In this document: in pieces, positions 1 to 12,362 of the stretch
How positions within the stretch are numbered: the first letter of the stretch is position 1
Layout of the letters: the number at the start of each line of letters is the position of its first letter
NCBI GenBank assembly: GCA_043228905.1
Contig: JBHGNT010000014.1
Location: forward strand, 8,494,001 to 8,558,000
DNA length: 64,000 nt
Direction: 5' to 3'
From: Azolla caroliniana
Lineage: Eukaryota > Plantae > Polypodiophyta
Made by a program: the position numbers and the translations under genes
The notes under the pieces: model-generated
Seen by the model: the letters and a program-made list of their open reading frames with translations, nothing else
Database searches by the model: none
Told to the model about the DNA's origin: nothing

Positions 1-1633
1 CATATCAAAACGGCACATCAGCAAGCCAAACAGGCTATCGAGCTATGGCAAGCCGCCGAGGAGAAACTGGCATCACTAGAGTAGCAACATCAAGAACAGC
101 CTCCCTGCGTTGAGTAACGATGTCTCACCAGCCCCTCTTCCAAACCCGAGCCTGAGTGCTACTGTTACCGAAGCACACAACGACGACACAGCTCACCCCA
201 GGGTAGCCACGATCGATGCAAGCACAATGACGGATTCGGTACAGATAAGTGAGCCATCGTCACGGGCAGATATAAGCACGCACCCCCAAACCAGCCACGC
301 TTCCACGCAAACGCCACCACCACCTGTCGTCATGGAAAGATCAACACTGACGGACAGGGAACCCACTCCCTGGATCCAACAAGTTGCAACCCCGACAAGA
401 CCTCCCCTCTGTGACTAGCAAGAGGAGCTTAAGGCCCAGATCACTCTGGCCGAGTTAGGAGAACAAAACCACAACAACATTATTGGCCAACTACGGGAAC
501 AAGCCGCGGGCCGTGAAGCTAACCTCAAGCGACTGCTTGCTGAAAGCTCGGCCGCACTCAAAGAACAAGAAAGAGAGGTGATGACCATTCAAGTCTCTAT
601 CACTGAGGCCAAAGAACAATTCATCGAAGAAGTAGAGAGGAATAGCCAACAGGAACATGAGCTATTCGCAGACAACCAGGAATTACGCCATCAACAAAGG
701 GCATTACAAGAATTGGCAAACGAACACATGCAAAAGTGGAGGATCTCTAAAGAGCAAAGGGCGAAAATTTCCGATGTGTATCACCGGTTGCAAACAAAGC
801 ACATCGCCGGCAGAGAACGACATCCGGACGCTTGGAGACAAGACATGGACGAAACTATAGCTCAACTCACCAAACGTTACAAGCAGACAATCACGCTCAT
901 AACCGAAAAAGCAAAAGATAACCAAGCTACTCTAGCGCTCCTCGTCCGCAAATGCCAAGAAGACGCCAAGGCTGCAAGGGAGGAAGTGGAAGTTCACCGA
1001 GCTAGCATCGGCATGGACGATACAAAAATAAAGATTCTGATCAACAAGTATCACCAGCAATTCACCAAGAAGATTGAGGATACGCTCGACCATGTCTGGC
1101 AAGAGTGGTCAACCCAAGCCACTGAACTACACATACTACGTGCGGACGCCGAGAACCGAAGGAAGGAGGGCCGAGGGTTTTACAAGATGGATGACACCAG
1201 CATCCAGACCCTCCATGAAGACTTGACTGAGGAGTATCATACCTTAGCAGCAACCCACACCGCGGTCATCGAGCAACTTCTTGAGGGCTTAAACGACGAT
1301 CAAATGATGTTCCGTTTAGAAGCCGAAGCTTACGAGGAGGAACGCGTAGCTACCGGGACTAACAAAACTCCCACAACCGACGAACACGAACCCAAGCCAA
1401 CCACCACGGAAGCCAGATAGGAGGAACCTGCACCTACAGATCTCCACATCCCAAATGAGCCACAAACTACAACCACGACCCTGCTTGATTCGGAACCAAC
1501 AGAGGTCGGCGCACGCGACGACACAGCCATCCCCGACTCGGTACCAAAACCTCCATCACCAACCCCACCTTCCGAGCAGCCAGACCAACCCCACGCCCTT
1601 GAGGATATCCTCGGCATATTAGAAGAGGATTAA
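1..1633 (+). pseudogene. C-terminal part of extra 3' ORF of G1 (helical/coiled-coil-like protein with P/T/E-rich tail), broken by stops
   Basis: ORFs 110-418 and 578-1420 are in one frame separated by TAG stops. The frame ends EDILGILEED* at 1633. Confidence 0.75.
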
Positions 1634-1723
1634 AACAAACCCATAAGCCCTTGTATAAACGGGCAACTTTTGTAAACTATTTTGTTTTTGCAAAATCTGT
1701 GGTTATCCCTCCAAATTGTGAAC

Positions 1724-1764
1724 TGTGGGTCCGACGGACAAAGTCCTGTCCCACGGGCATGCCA
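1724..1764 (+). other. tRNA-3'-end-like structured motif ending in CCA at the position of the PPT (G1)
   Basis: GTGGG-TCCGAC-GGAC aaa GTCC-TGT-CCCAC-GGGCATGCCA, then 2 nt, then LTR TGTTGTCC. No purine run is present. Confidence 0.7.
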
Positions 1765-1766
1765 TG

Positions 1767-2399
1767 TGTTGTCCATAGGCTAGAAATATAAATACATAAT
1801 ATGTAAACTCGCCGGTAGGTAGAAAAGTAGGTGAGGAAATACGTAGAACTAGAAATAGTCAAGTTTTAGCCCTCACAATCAGCCGATGGCTCGGCTCTGT
1901 CTAAGGAAGAAAACTATATAAACCGAGATCTGCATACCTCAGGAGGGGGAGAATATCTAGATTATTTTTAGCAAGATTAATATCATAGCACTAAGCTCTG
2001 CTCCAACTGTTTCCGGCCGAGAGTCGTTTACTGTAATCATTGTGAGCTTTATCATTTAATATAAGTCTCGCTCTTACTGTTCTTTTATCTGTGTATTTTC
2101 CCCGTACTCGTAAACCGAGCTATGTCTATGTCTAACGGGTTGTAGCCTATGTACGCTCCTCGTTCCCATAACGTCTTCTCGGTGCAGAACAGGCTTCCAC
2201 GTAACACGACCCCTTGATACTAATAGCCTGTGGGCTCATCGAAGGTGTTTTCCCCAGAAACGGCTAACAATTATGAGTCTCGTACATAGTCACCCGAGTT
2301 TAGGGTACGACATACTCACCCATTCCTCAAACCATGATTCCCTTGAGCCGAACCCTAAAGGACTGAGGATTCGGCACCGTGTCACCTTAACTAGTAACA
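1767..2399 (+). repeat. 3' LTR of G1
   Basis: TG...CA termini homologous to G2 LTR ends; TATATAA near 1915. The partner LTR lies outside the window. Confidence 0.65.
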
Positions 2400-2842
2400 T
2401 CGACTAGTCAACTTGTCGGTTGAATAACTATTATTGTTATTATAGGAATGAAAATAGTAGTGGCTACATTTGTAAATAGCCGATAAGTATAAATACACTT
2501 AGGGAAAACATAGATTGTGAGTGTAGAACATAATAGTGTAGTTTTTTTTGTAGCATGAGAGTTATAGAGAGAGAGTGAGAGAGTGAGAGAATGCGTGAGA
2601 TACAACGGACGCAGAGTTTAGTGAAACTGCCAAGAACCCTAAGGGATTATCCTTTGAGCATCAGAGAAGATTTGTAACCATTCTTGTATTCTCTGTGCAT
2701 AGTGGAAGATCTATTTCTCCCGTGGTTTTTTTTCCCCCATTTAGGGTTTCCATGTTAAACATTGTGTACTATGCATTGCTATGTTTTTGTCTTTCCGCAA
2801 TATTGTCTATTTCACGGTCAGTTTTTCTCACGAATCTCTACA
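2400..2842 (+). repeat. 3' part of a copia-type LTR (target of G1), itself inserted in the Tcn1-like element
   Basis: Shares TTTGTAAATAGCCGA..GTATAAAT..CTTAGGG, a (GA)n stretch and CGTGGTTTTT..GGGTTTCCATG with the copia LTR at 43361. Ends in CA next to gypsy RNase H sequence. Confidence 0.6.
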
Positions 2843-3258
2843 ACCTGCTTTTGATTATCAAAGGCCGGATACAAGCGTCGTGATAATGCATCTGCCTTCC
2901 CTTGTTGTTTGCCCGGATGATATGTAATCTTGAAGTCGAAATGAGTGAGAAATTGGCCCCACCGAGCTTGTCGTCTATTTAATACACAAGCATTCTGGAA
3001 ATAGGAGAGATTCTTGTGATCACTGAATACAGTGACTTGATGAAGAGATCCTTCTAGGAAATGCCTCCATTTTGTAAAAGAGTCCACAGTAGCTAATAAT
3101 TCCTTTCCATGTACCTCGTAGTTAATTTCAGTAGTGTCAAATTTGCACAAGTGGAAAACCATGGGATGTAGCTTCTTGTTGTCACCCTACTATGACAAAA
3201 TACTACTGAGTGCGAAATCCAACGCGTCTACTTCAATGATAAATGGTTTTTGTGGATC

Positions 3259-3696
3259 TGTTGTCCGCCGGAATAGTAACCGACGGACAAGAGCGTAGGA
3301 ATAAGAAATAATATAATATCATAACGCATGTAACGGTTCACGCAGGAAGCGTGAACAACTAAATAAACCCTGCGTATATAAAGGGCAGAAAACCTCTGAC
3401 AGAGGGAGCGTGTATTTTGGGAATGTAAAGAAGCGTATCGTAATAGAATTCTATCTTCTCTGAAAGTCTGTGTATAGCTACGGCTACTTTACTGTATGTC
3501 TGGAATACCTGAGCGTGTAGGAACGTGAGTGTAACCATTGCTAAGGAGTCGGTTGTAGCCGTCTCCCTTATACGTTGATAGGTTACAGGGAACATTCCAC
3601 TACACATTACGCATAGACGCCCCATTCGTTGTTCCACAATCACTTGGAGGTCTAGGTCGAAGGACTGACCGCAGACCGTGTTCCTAATCGGTAACA
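3259..3696 (+). repeat. 5' LTR of G2
   Basis: TGTTGTC...GGTAACA, direct repeat of 12363-12800. Confidence 0.95.
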
Positions 3697-3700
3697 CTTT

Positions 3701-3714
3701 TGGCACGCCCGATG
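3701..3714 (+). promoter_or_regulatory. Primer-binding site, probably tRNA-Arg
   Basis: TGGCACGCCCG 4 nt after the LTR. It matches the recalled complement of the plant tRNA-Arg(UCU) 3' end (...GGGCGUGCCA). Confidence 0.75.
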
Positions 3715-3750
3715 ATCTGTGTCTTCTCACAGACGAGCAACGACGAATGG

Positions 3751-6700
3751 ATGTTTAGCCGCAGACGCCCTAGAGAACCAACACGACAAGACCGGCCAAT
3801 CACAAGGTTCGTCACACGCCAGGCAGAGGAACGCACACGGCAAAAGCCTCGCCTCAACGACCTCAGTACTACACGGGGAGCACGCTCACCACAGCCACCC
3901 TGTGGTCTTTCCCGACCCACCGTAGCCCCCAGCATGGCCTTTGCCTATCCCCACTTTAACGGCAAAACCGACGTCGCAACCCATATTCGCATGTTCCTTA
4001 ATGTCTGGAATGCGAACCACATGGCGCAGAGCCTTTCGGAGGCGGTAGCGCACTAGTCGAAAATGATGGAGTTCGGGTTAACATTGGATGGGCGAGCGGC
4101 GTTTTGGCATTTACAGATGGATTTACCAGCAATCACAACCTTCAATCAGCTGCAATCCGCTTTCTTGCGGTTCTTCCATCGGAGGGTTCCACAACGCGAA
4201 ATCCTCGGACAGTTCTACACGATTAAGCAACTGCCGACCGAGATGATCGCAGACTTCAGCTTACGTCTCCAAAATTTACGGCGGAAACTAGAACGGAGCC
4301 CCACGGAGAATGAGGCTCGGGAGACATTTCTGGCAGCATTACGCCGACCCATTTGGGCAACGCTCAACAACAATAGCGTGAAAGGGGAAACGGCGGATAT
4401 GGTCATTGAACCAGCGTTACAGCTCGAGTTGGACGAGGAGGAGGAAAGGTTTTCTATGTCCTCCTTACGACAAGTGTTACCCCAGGACGAGGAACATCAG
4501 TTTATTCAAGCAATCCAGTGCATGATTTTCTTGAACTCGGGGCATTCCGTAGTGGAGTGCAACATGCGAATCCACTGCCCAATCTGCCACTCGAGGGCTC
4601 ACATAGTCGAACAATGCGAATACAATATGTTGAACAGAGCCGCTCCCACAGTCCGTAGCATGGACACACAACGTCCCCCACGTCGTACTGAACAAAGGAG
4701 GCAACAAGACCGACCATAGTATATGGATCGCAACCCACGGGACAACTAGCACCACCGGAATCGCCGAAATCACAACGATTCCGAGGAAGACGAACCAGAG
4801 GATGAGGATTATCGTGGACATCCGAGTTATGCTAAAGGGGGCCGGCGCTATGAGAATCACCGGCCGACAAACAAACGTGGCGGCTTCAATGGTTATCGTG
4901 GGAAGCCACGGCTATATTGAGATCACCGGCGTTACGACGAAAGCTCGGGAGATGAGCAACACCAAGAACCACGACGGGACCAACAGTAACCACCGCGAGT
5001 GTTCCGACAAACAAGGCCGGACCGTGAGGACCAAGTCGCACCGGGGGATCGACACACACCACCAGGAGCCGAGAAGGGTGAATCAAGCATCCATTGTTTT
5101 ATTTGTCAGCAACCCGGACATTATGCCACGCAATGCCCAACACGCAAGGGCAAGGGGCCCGTCGTCAATACGGAAGTGCAGCAAGTCACGACACGCCAGC
5201 AAACAAAAAACTGTTGATTGGGCTGCGCAAGATGAGATACAACGACAAGCCCAGGCATGGGTGGAAAAAGCAAACGCGACCAATACAGAGCGCATGCAGA
5301 AGGAGTCTGCGAATGCGAGGGAGCGAGCAAAGGACGAAGGACCGGTTCCGGACCCCATTTGGCAGGCATTAGTGGGTTGCGAGATAACGTTAACCATGGA
5401 GAAGCTGTTGCAGCTAGTCCCACGCTTCTGCCAGACCATGGAAGAACGGGTGACAGGCATACCGGGGGTTAGCATCGTTACAAACCTTACAGACGTTAGC
5501 GACGGACCGCCTGTAGTGGATCACCACAACCCGGCTATTACATTAATATTACATGGACAGGAAATTCCTGGATGTGTAATCAATGGCGGCTCAGGCGTCA
5601 ATGTAATTAGCGCGAAAACTTGCGAGCAGTTAGGCATTTCAAAATGGGAGGCTTGCCCATTCTGGCTCCGAATGGCAGATACCCACTCAGTACAACCATT
5701 GGGGTTAATTCGCAAGATAGGCATTATCGTGGGCAGACATCGCTTCGACATCTCGGCGGTCGTCCTCGCCTTGGACGCCCTAGGGGCATACCCAGTGCTT
5801 CTGGGTAGACCATGGCTTCAGGCAGGAAATATCAAGCAAAGCTGGCAACACAAGTGTATCAGCTTCCGACACGGACGCACTAAGGTTCGCGTACCTACGG
5901 AAGGAAGCACGCCACAACCCAAGGGTATAACACCATTATACGCAGAAGATATAAATATGTTGGCTAGGGTGGAGGATGCAGAATTAGAGGCATACCTAGA
6001 TGAGCACCCTCGGATCATTCCGTTGTTCGAAATCGATGTCATCGCAACTGTGGCAGAATATGCCACGACCACTATTCTCCACGACGAGGCTTACGAACCA
6101 AACCCAGAGTCCATATTGGAACTCAGCAGAGCACGGGCGGCATTCGAAAGGGAAATGCAAATTTCACGACGAGTCACCGCCTTCGCCCTGGAAGAAGTAA
6201 ATGTGGGTACAGAGTCAAAACCCTGTTTCCTCTCCGTCGCAAAGGAATTAAGGTTGTACCAGAGAAACACGATGATTGCACTACTCACGAAATATAAAGA
6301 TGTGTTCGCTTGGGCTCACGAGGACATGAAGGGGTTAGATCCCAAGTTCTATCAGCATAAGATCAATCTAGCAACCGACGCAAAACCTGTCCAGCAGCAC
6401 CGCTACCGCATGAACCCGAACTATGCGACCCGCGTAAAAGAAGAAATTGACAAACTCCTGAAGGCGGGGTTCATACGGCCAATTAAACAAGCCACATGGT
6501 TAAGCCCGATAGTGCTTGTTCCAAAGAAAATTAAACATCGTAACCATTACGGACGCATTCCCTTTACCCTTCATTGATAGAGTACTGGACGTGGTCGCAG
6601 GACATGAGATGTACAGTTTTTTAGATGGCTTCAGTGGGTATAACCAAGTACGCATGCATCCCGAGGACCAAGAAAAGACGGCATTTGTCACGGACTGGGG

Positions 6701-8978
6701 AGTCTATGTGGCAGTCGTCATGATGTTCGGGCTAAAGACGGCGCCGGCAACATTTCAACAGACAATTACGGAGATCTTTGGGGAATACATTCCGGCGTTC
6801 ATGCAAGTTTTTTTAGACGACTTTGTGGTATATGGGAGAACAATAGACCATTTTACGCACCTGCAACTATGCCTGGAACGTTGCCGCACCGCACGCTTAA
6901 GCCTGAAGCCCGCGAAATGTGCTTTCAGCGTCACCAACGGGACTCTCCTGGGCCATATAGTCAGCAAGGAGGGAATAGTGGTCGATCCGAACAAGATCTC
7001 CACGATTACGCAAGCCAAAACTCCGACAAACGCGAAATCACTCGACCGGTTTTTAGGACAAATACAATGGCATAGTCGGATGATACAATATTTGGCGAAC
7101 TTCGCCACGCCGTTACATGTTGCGGTACATCGGACTCCCTTCCAATGGACCGCAACAGAGGACAAGGCCTATGAGGCACTTAAGATAATGCTCACACAGG
7201 CCCCCATCGTACAACCACCAGTTTGGGCAAAGCCATTCCACGTGTTCGTCGACGCCTCGGACATAGCAATAGGAAGTGCACTAATGCAGCTCACCGAACC
7301 AAACTGGTACCGGCCAGTGTACTACGCTAGTCGCAAATTATCAACAACAGAGCGTAACTATTCCACAACGGAGCGGGAGGCGCTAGGGATGATCTATAGC
7401 ATCAATAAATTCCGGCATTATTTACTAGGGAGGAAACCCACCTTCCACATGGATCATTCGGCACTGCTGTATTTGGTGGAGAAACAAGCCCTGACGAGGA
7501 AATTGGCGCGATGGATGCTGCTGCTTCAAGAATTCGATTTTGTAATCCAGCACCGACCAGGGACGCAACACGCAGTGGCAGATTTTTTTAGCAGACTCGA
7601 GAATGGAGAAACATTACAGAAAGATGACGACGATTTTCCAGACGCCGACATCCTACGGGTAGCAGCACTAGCAGAAAGAACAGAATCGACCTTTCTAGAC
7701 CGATGGCTTATGGAAATGACATACTTTTTGACTACGGGACTGCCTCCACCACAATTACGCACGGACGAGAAGAAACGACAAGCCGTCCAAAGCCGTAACT
7801 TTTGCCTCGTAGAAGGAGTTTTATATCACAAAGGAAGTGACGGCATTTGGCGACGTGGGGTACGTCAGGATGAGAAAGAAGCAGTTTTACGGGAGGCGCA
7901 CTGCGGCACAGCAGGCGGCCATTACGCGGGCGACGTTACAGCCCAGAAAATATGGCAGGCGGGCTTATCGTGGCCAACAATGCAGAAGGACGCATCCAAG
8001 TATTGTAGAAAGTATGATTTGTGTCAACGGATGGGCTAGCCCACGCAGGGCGCAAGGATGCCACAACAGCCCGTATTACCGCTAGACCCCTTCCAAAAGT
8101 GGGGATTGGATTTTGTGGACCCCTTCACACCGGCGGCAGCCCGTACGGGCAATAAATACATATTGGTAGCTACGGATTATTGCACCAAGTGGGTAGAAGC
8201 AAAGGCACTACGAGAAAATACAGTGGCCGTCACAACCAGAGTCCTTTACGAGCACATTTGGTGCCGGTTCGGCTGTCCGATTGAGCTCATCAGTGACCGC
8301 GGGAGTCACTTTCTCAATACGGTGGTTCGGGAACTAACACATCATTACGCCGTAGTCCATAAGAAGAGTACGCCATATTATCCACAGGCGAATGGGTTAG
8401 CGGAATCCACCAACAAGACGTTGCAGACCATCTTGAAGAAAATCGTCAATGAAAATAGAACGGACTGGGATACCAAATTACAGAGTGCGTTATGGGTGTA
8501 CAGAACTAGCTACAAAACAAGCCTACAGTCAACACCATTTTGACTAGCGTTTGGGCTAGAGGCTGTGATGATGGTCGAATTTCAAGTACCCAGTTTGCGG
8601 ATTCAGGTACAGTTCCACCAGCTACTCGAACTCGGGGAAAAACACGTACACAGCATGGCTGTGTTGGAGCAGGAACAGCGACGAACTAAAGCGTTTGTGG
8701 ATCGACATCGGAACGCAAGGGAAAAGGAGTTTGCCGTCGATCGAGCAATGCTGGTTTTCCAAACCCGCATGGGCCATATGCCAGGGAAGTTAGGATTCCA
8801 CTGGACCAGCCCATACTGGATAATTGGAGCAGAACAAGGCACATTCCAACTAGGTACGCTGGCCGGGGAAGTAGTATGGCAAAAGGTGAATGGGTTTCGC
8901 CTTAAACCTTACCTGGGCTCTATGCCACCTAACCCATTCACCGCCAAACAGGACAGAGCCGGAGAACCCGCGGCATAA
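3751..8978 (+). pseudogene. gag-pol: gag-pol of G2 (stops and frameshifts)
   Basis: Zn knuckles CPICHSRAHIVEQC and CFICQQPGHYATQC, protease VINGGSGVN, RT FLDGFSGYNQ..VFLDDF, RNase H VDASD..TEREAL..DH, integrase HCG..GGHY, WGLDF..ISDRGSHF..QANGLAE. Confidence 0.92.
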
Positions 8979-9074
8979 ATGGACGGCCCCACTTGTACCA
9001 TAATGTAAAAATAGGCTGTATATAACCGTTACGAAAAAAAAAAAAAAAGATAGCGACACTATTAAAAGGACTAA

Positions 9075-12000
9075 ATGCATGCACAGACTCCTAGTTCAAG
9101 AACACACGGCACCACAATGGCTCACTGCCCAATGAACCCTAAGCCACAAAAAGAAGGAAATAGAAGATCTTCTGCACAAAATAGAAACCCACCTTCTAAC
9201 TATCAACGCTCCCATCGCTCCTCCCCCTCACCTTCTCCTCCATCCTATCACAGAGCTCCAGCCCACCACAACCACCAGTCTCCTTCCCACGAACCTACTC
9301 TGGTGGTGCCGATCTTCATCTCTACTGCCTTATGCTAATGGCTTGTGGAGAAATGCCTAGATGGGTACATCTGGGTCACAGAGGCACCCCCACACCCGGA
9401 TGCCATGGACATCGCCAGGAAGCTGAACATCGACACGGTCACTAACTCTTCCATCCGGAAAAAGTTGGACCTGTCATCGCTAGGCGAAATGCATTTCGAA
9501 ATCCCTCCTGCGGAGGCGCTGTAGCGATATTTCGGGCCATATTCCTCCTCTGCCAAGGCCTATAGAACGAAGTAGATCCCTGATCCTTTCTTCTGTGAAG
9601 TTGCCAAGTTCCTGTTTGAGGTCGGTTGCGTACATGTCAACGCATATGGGCTGCCCAAGCAGAAGCCAGGCATCATTATCGATACCTTTGAAGGGCGTGC
9701 GGTCGATTGGGGGGTCATCACAGGGCCGACGTTAAGGGAAGGCTTGCATGCGTGCGGAGGCGCTGCAGCGATATTTCGGGCCATATTCCTCCTCCGCCAA
9801 GGCCTATAGAACGAAGCAGATCCCGGATCCCTTCTTCCGTGAAGTTGCCAAGTTCCTGTTAGAGGTCAACTGCGTACATGTCAACGCATATGGGATGCCC
9901 AAGAAGAAGGCAAGCATCATTATCCATACCTTTGAAGGGCGTGCGGTCGATAGGGGGGTCATCACAGGGCCGACGTTAAGGGAAGGCCTGCATGCGTATC
10001 AGGCAGGCAAAAAGCTCAAGCTGATCATATACCGGTACCTTACGGTACTATTCCCACCCCGAGGCCTGCCGGCACCACAGCCCAGCCGACCCACGCCCCC
10101 GCCCCGATCCGCAAGGCACAGGTTAGTGGAGTTAGCGGCCCCAGAGTGGGAAGAGGAACCCCAACCCGCCCAGCCAGACACGCGGACAACACCTCCCGCC
10201 CAGCTAGACACACGAACAACGCAGGAGGAACAGCCGGCACGTTCCGTGGAAGCAACCCCAGAGCCAGACACCGAAACACGGCAGGATAACCCCAAACCGA
10301 AACGACGTAGATTGGACAGGAAAGATGGGCAGGGATTGGTCAAAGATGTCCCCACGGTGGCAGAGACAACGACCGAAGGCGATGGCTCCGCAGCTACGGA
10401 GCCCAATACCACCTTCAAAATCATCCGGGAGCCACGACCGATCATTACGACCCAGTCCCAACGAGGGAAAGACGTATTTATGGCGGAAAGCGAGGTTTTG
10501 GCATATCCAGATATCCCGGATACGGCCCATGAGTTCAGCGCCCTCTTACAATTCAGAACCTCTTTTAAGCTCATGGAATTCTTAGCAACACAACAGATAA
10601 AAGCCTCCCAACAAATGGCCGAGGAGCACGCGGAGCGCCAGATGATCGAGCGCGCCCTAACACAAACGACGGAGAGCGACGATGAGGACCGGCTAGCCAG
10701 GGTCGGCAGACATAAGAACGTCGGGGTACACCGAGTGGGGATGGAGCTACCCCCATTAAACACGGCCCTAGTCGAAGTCCATAGGGAACTGGCAAAGGTC
10801 AGCACGGGCGCCAAGGAGATGGCCATTAAAAATAAGAATGTCTGGAAGAAGGTGAAAATGACCCAAGTCGAGCCGCAAAAAGCCAACGAACGCATCGCGG
10901 AGTTGGAAGCTAACGCGACTACAGCACAACACGCAACTCCGCCACCAAACCACGCCATCGACGCTTTGAAGGAAGAAATTGAGGCTCATACCGCCATTGC
11001 CTCAAAAGCGAAAAGGGTCGTGCAACTAGCGGAATCAGAAATTGACCGCCTTCGAGCTGAACTCCGCCAATCCTCAGATAGAGAAAAGGAGATCCGGGCT
11101 AACGGCCGGAAGGCAGTAAACACCCTTGAAGAGAAACTCGCTACGGAGGTAGCTCAGCACATCCGGACAAAAGACAAAAACGCCCAATTACGAGATGAAG
11201 CGAAGAAATCGGAGGCGGCAAATGCGGGACTCCGGGCCTTATTAGAGAAAAAGAAGGTATGGTTCAACGAGCAGCTGGTGGTTGAACAAGAAAGAAGGCA
11301 TCAGCTCGAAATCCACCTAAACAATGAAATGGGGAAATTAGAAGAACAACATGCAAAGGAATCCCAGATGTGGGCGGGTCTGAAGACCACGTACAAAGAA
11401 GCGGTGGCGGTTAGGCCGCAAGAAATTGCAAACCTCCAGAAGTCGATGGAGGATGCACGCAACCGTTGCCAGGCCATCACAGACAACATGCGTATCCTTC
11501 TCCAAACAAATCGGGAGAGGTTCACAACGCAATTGAAAACGGCGTTGGACAAAGGATGGATGGCATGGGCAACCCAAGCAGCGGAATTGCATGCGTATCG
11601 TGCGGACTGGGAGAACCGGCGAAAAGACGGCCGAGGTTTCTATAAACTAAATGAGGAGAGCATTGCGGCCGTACGCGAGGACATAGCGCCAGACTATCGT
11701 GCGCTAGCGGACCAACATTCCGAAGAACTCGCGTAGCTCTTAGATGATTTTGGTGAAAGCTAGGAGGAGCTATTTCACCAGATCACACAAGCCGGCAACA
11801 CACGAACAAATGAGGAATCCAGCACGACGCCAATTCCGGGCACGGCCGAAGAAGAGGAACCTCAGGCCAGATCACCAGAGATTACAACGACGGTGAACAA
11901 CGCGGACCGACGAGCGGAGTCCCCCACAACACCAGACAGAGAAACCGTTGCCCAAGAGGAGCTCCATCCGCAGGAGCCCACGCTATCATCAGACCACACG

Positions 12001-12315
12001 GAGAACGGTGCAGGCCAGGCGGAATCGCAGCCCCACTCCCCGGAATGTACAAAGATGGCCAACACCACGGAGGAGGTAACGATTGAGACAAAGTCGTGGC
12101 CGACCGCAAGCACGACGACGGCGGAGCCCAACCCACTAGCTCAAAAAGAGCCCACCGTACCCGGACCGCCCACACATGACGACTGCGACACCGGGAGAAA
12201 CCATTCCGACCAAATAGGGGAGCCACACCACGATGCACCTACGAGCCCTACGTCGCCTCTGGACGCGGACACCGTAGCAGAGCCAAACATCCGGGCCATT
12301 TTGGAAGAAGATTAA
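9075..12315 (+). pseudogene. Extra sense-strand 3' ORF of G2 (about 1000 aa; basic PKPKRRRL, long coiled-coil-like region, acidic tail ending ILEED)
   Basis: 662-aa ORF 9748-11736 continues in frame past TAG stops to 12315. The upstream part is offset by a 244-bp duplication. Homologous to the G1 ORF. Confidence 0.8.
9509..9996 (+). repeat. 244-bp tandem duplication inside the extra ORF
   Basis: TGCGGAGGCGCTG..GCATGCG occurs at 9509-9752 and 9753-9996. Confidence 0.9.
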
Positions 12316-12319
12316 CGGG

Positions 12320-12360
12320 ATGGGTCCGACGTGCCAGGGCACTGTCCCATAGGCGTGCCA
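12320..12360 (+). other. tRNA-3'-end-like structured motif ending in CCA at the position of the PPT (G2)
   Basis: ATGGG-TCCGAC-GTGC cagg GCAC-TGT-CCCAT-AGGCGTGCCA, then GG, then the LTR. The last 9 nt are the exact reverse complement of the PBS. Confidence 0.75.
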
Positions 12361-12362
12361 GG

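Larger units (their letters stand above)
1..2399 (+). mobile_element. 3' part of non-chromovirus Ty3/gypsy LTR retrotransposon G1 (relative of G2 at 3259-12800)
   Basis: Its ORF shares W.TQA.ELH..RAD.ENRRK.GRGFYK and the C-terminal ILEED* with the extra ORF of G2. It ends in an LTR whose start (TGTTGTCC) and end (AAGGACTGA..ACCGTGT..GTAACA) resemble the G2 LTR termini. Confidence 0.8.

Noticed and set aside
9999-10958. Long antisense ORFs (319 aa here; also 23861-24643 and 49675-50325)
   Set aside because: They are shadows of sense-strand retroelement ORFs or LTR sequence with no domain features.
9748-11736. env gene or captured host coiled-coil gene
   Set aside because: No signal peptide or transmembrane segment and no introns; a homolog sits at the same position in the sister element.
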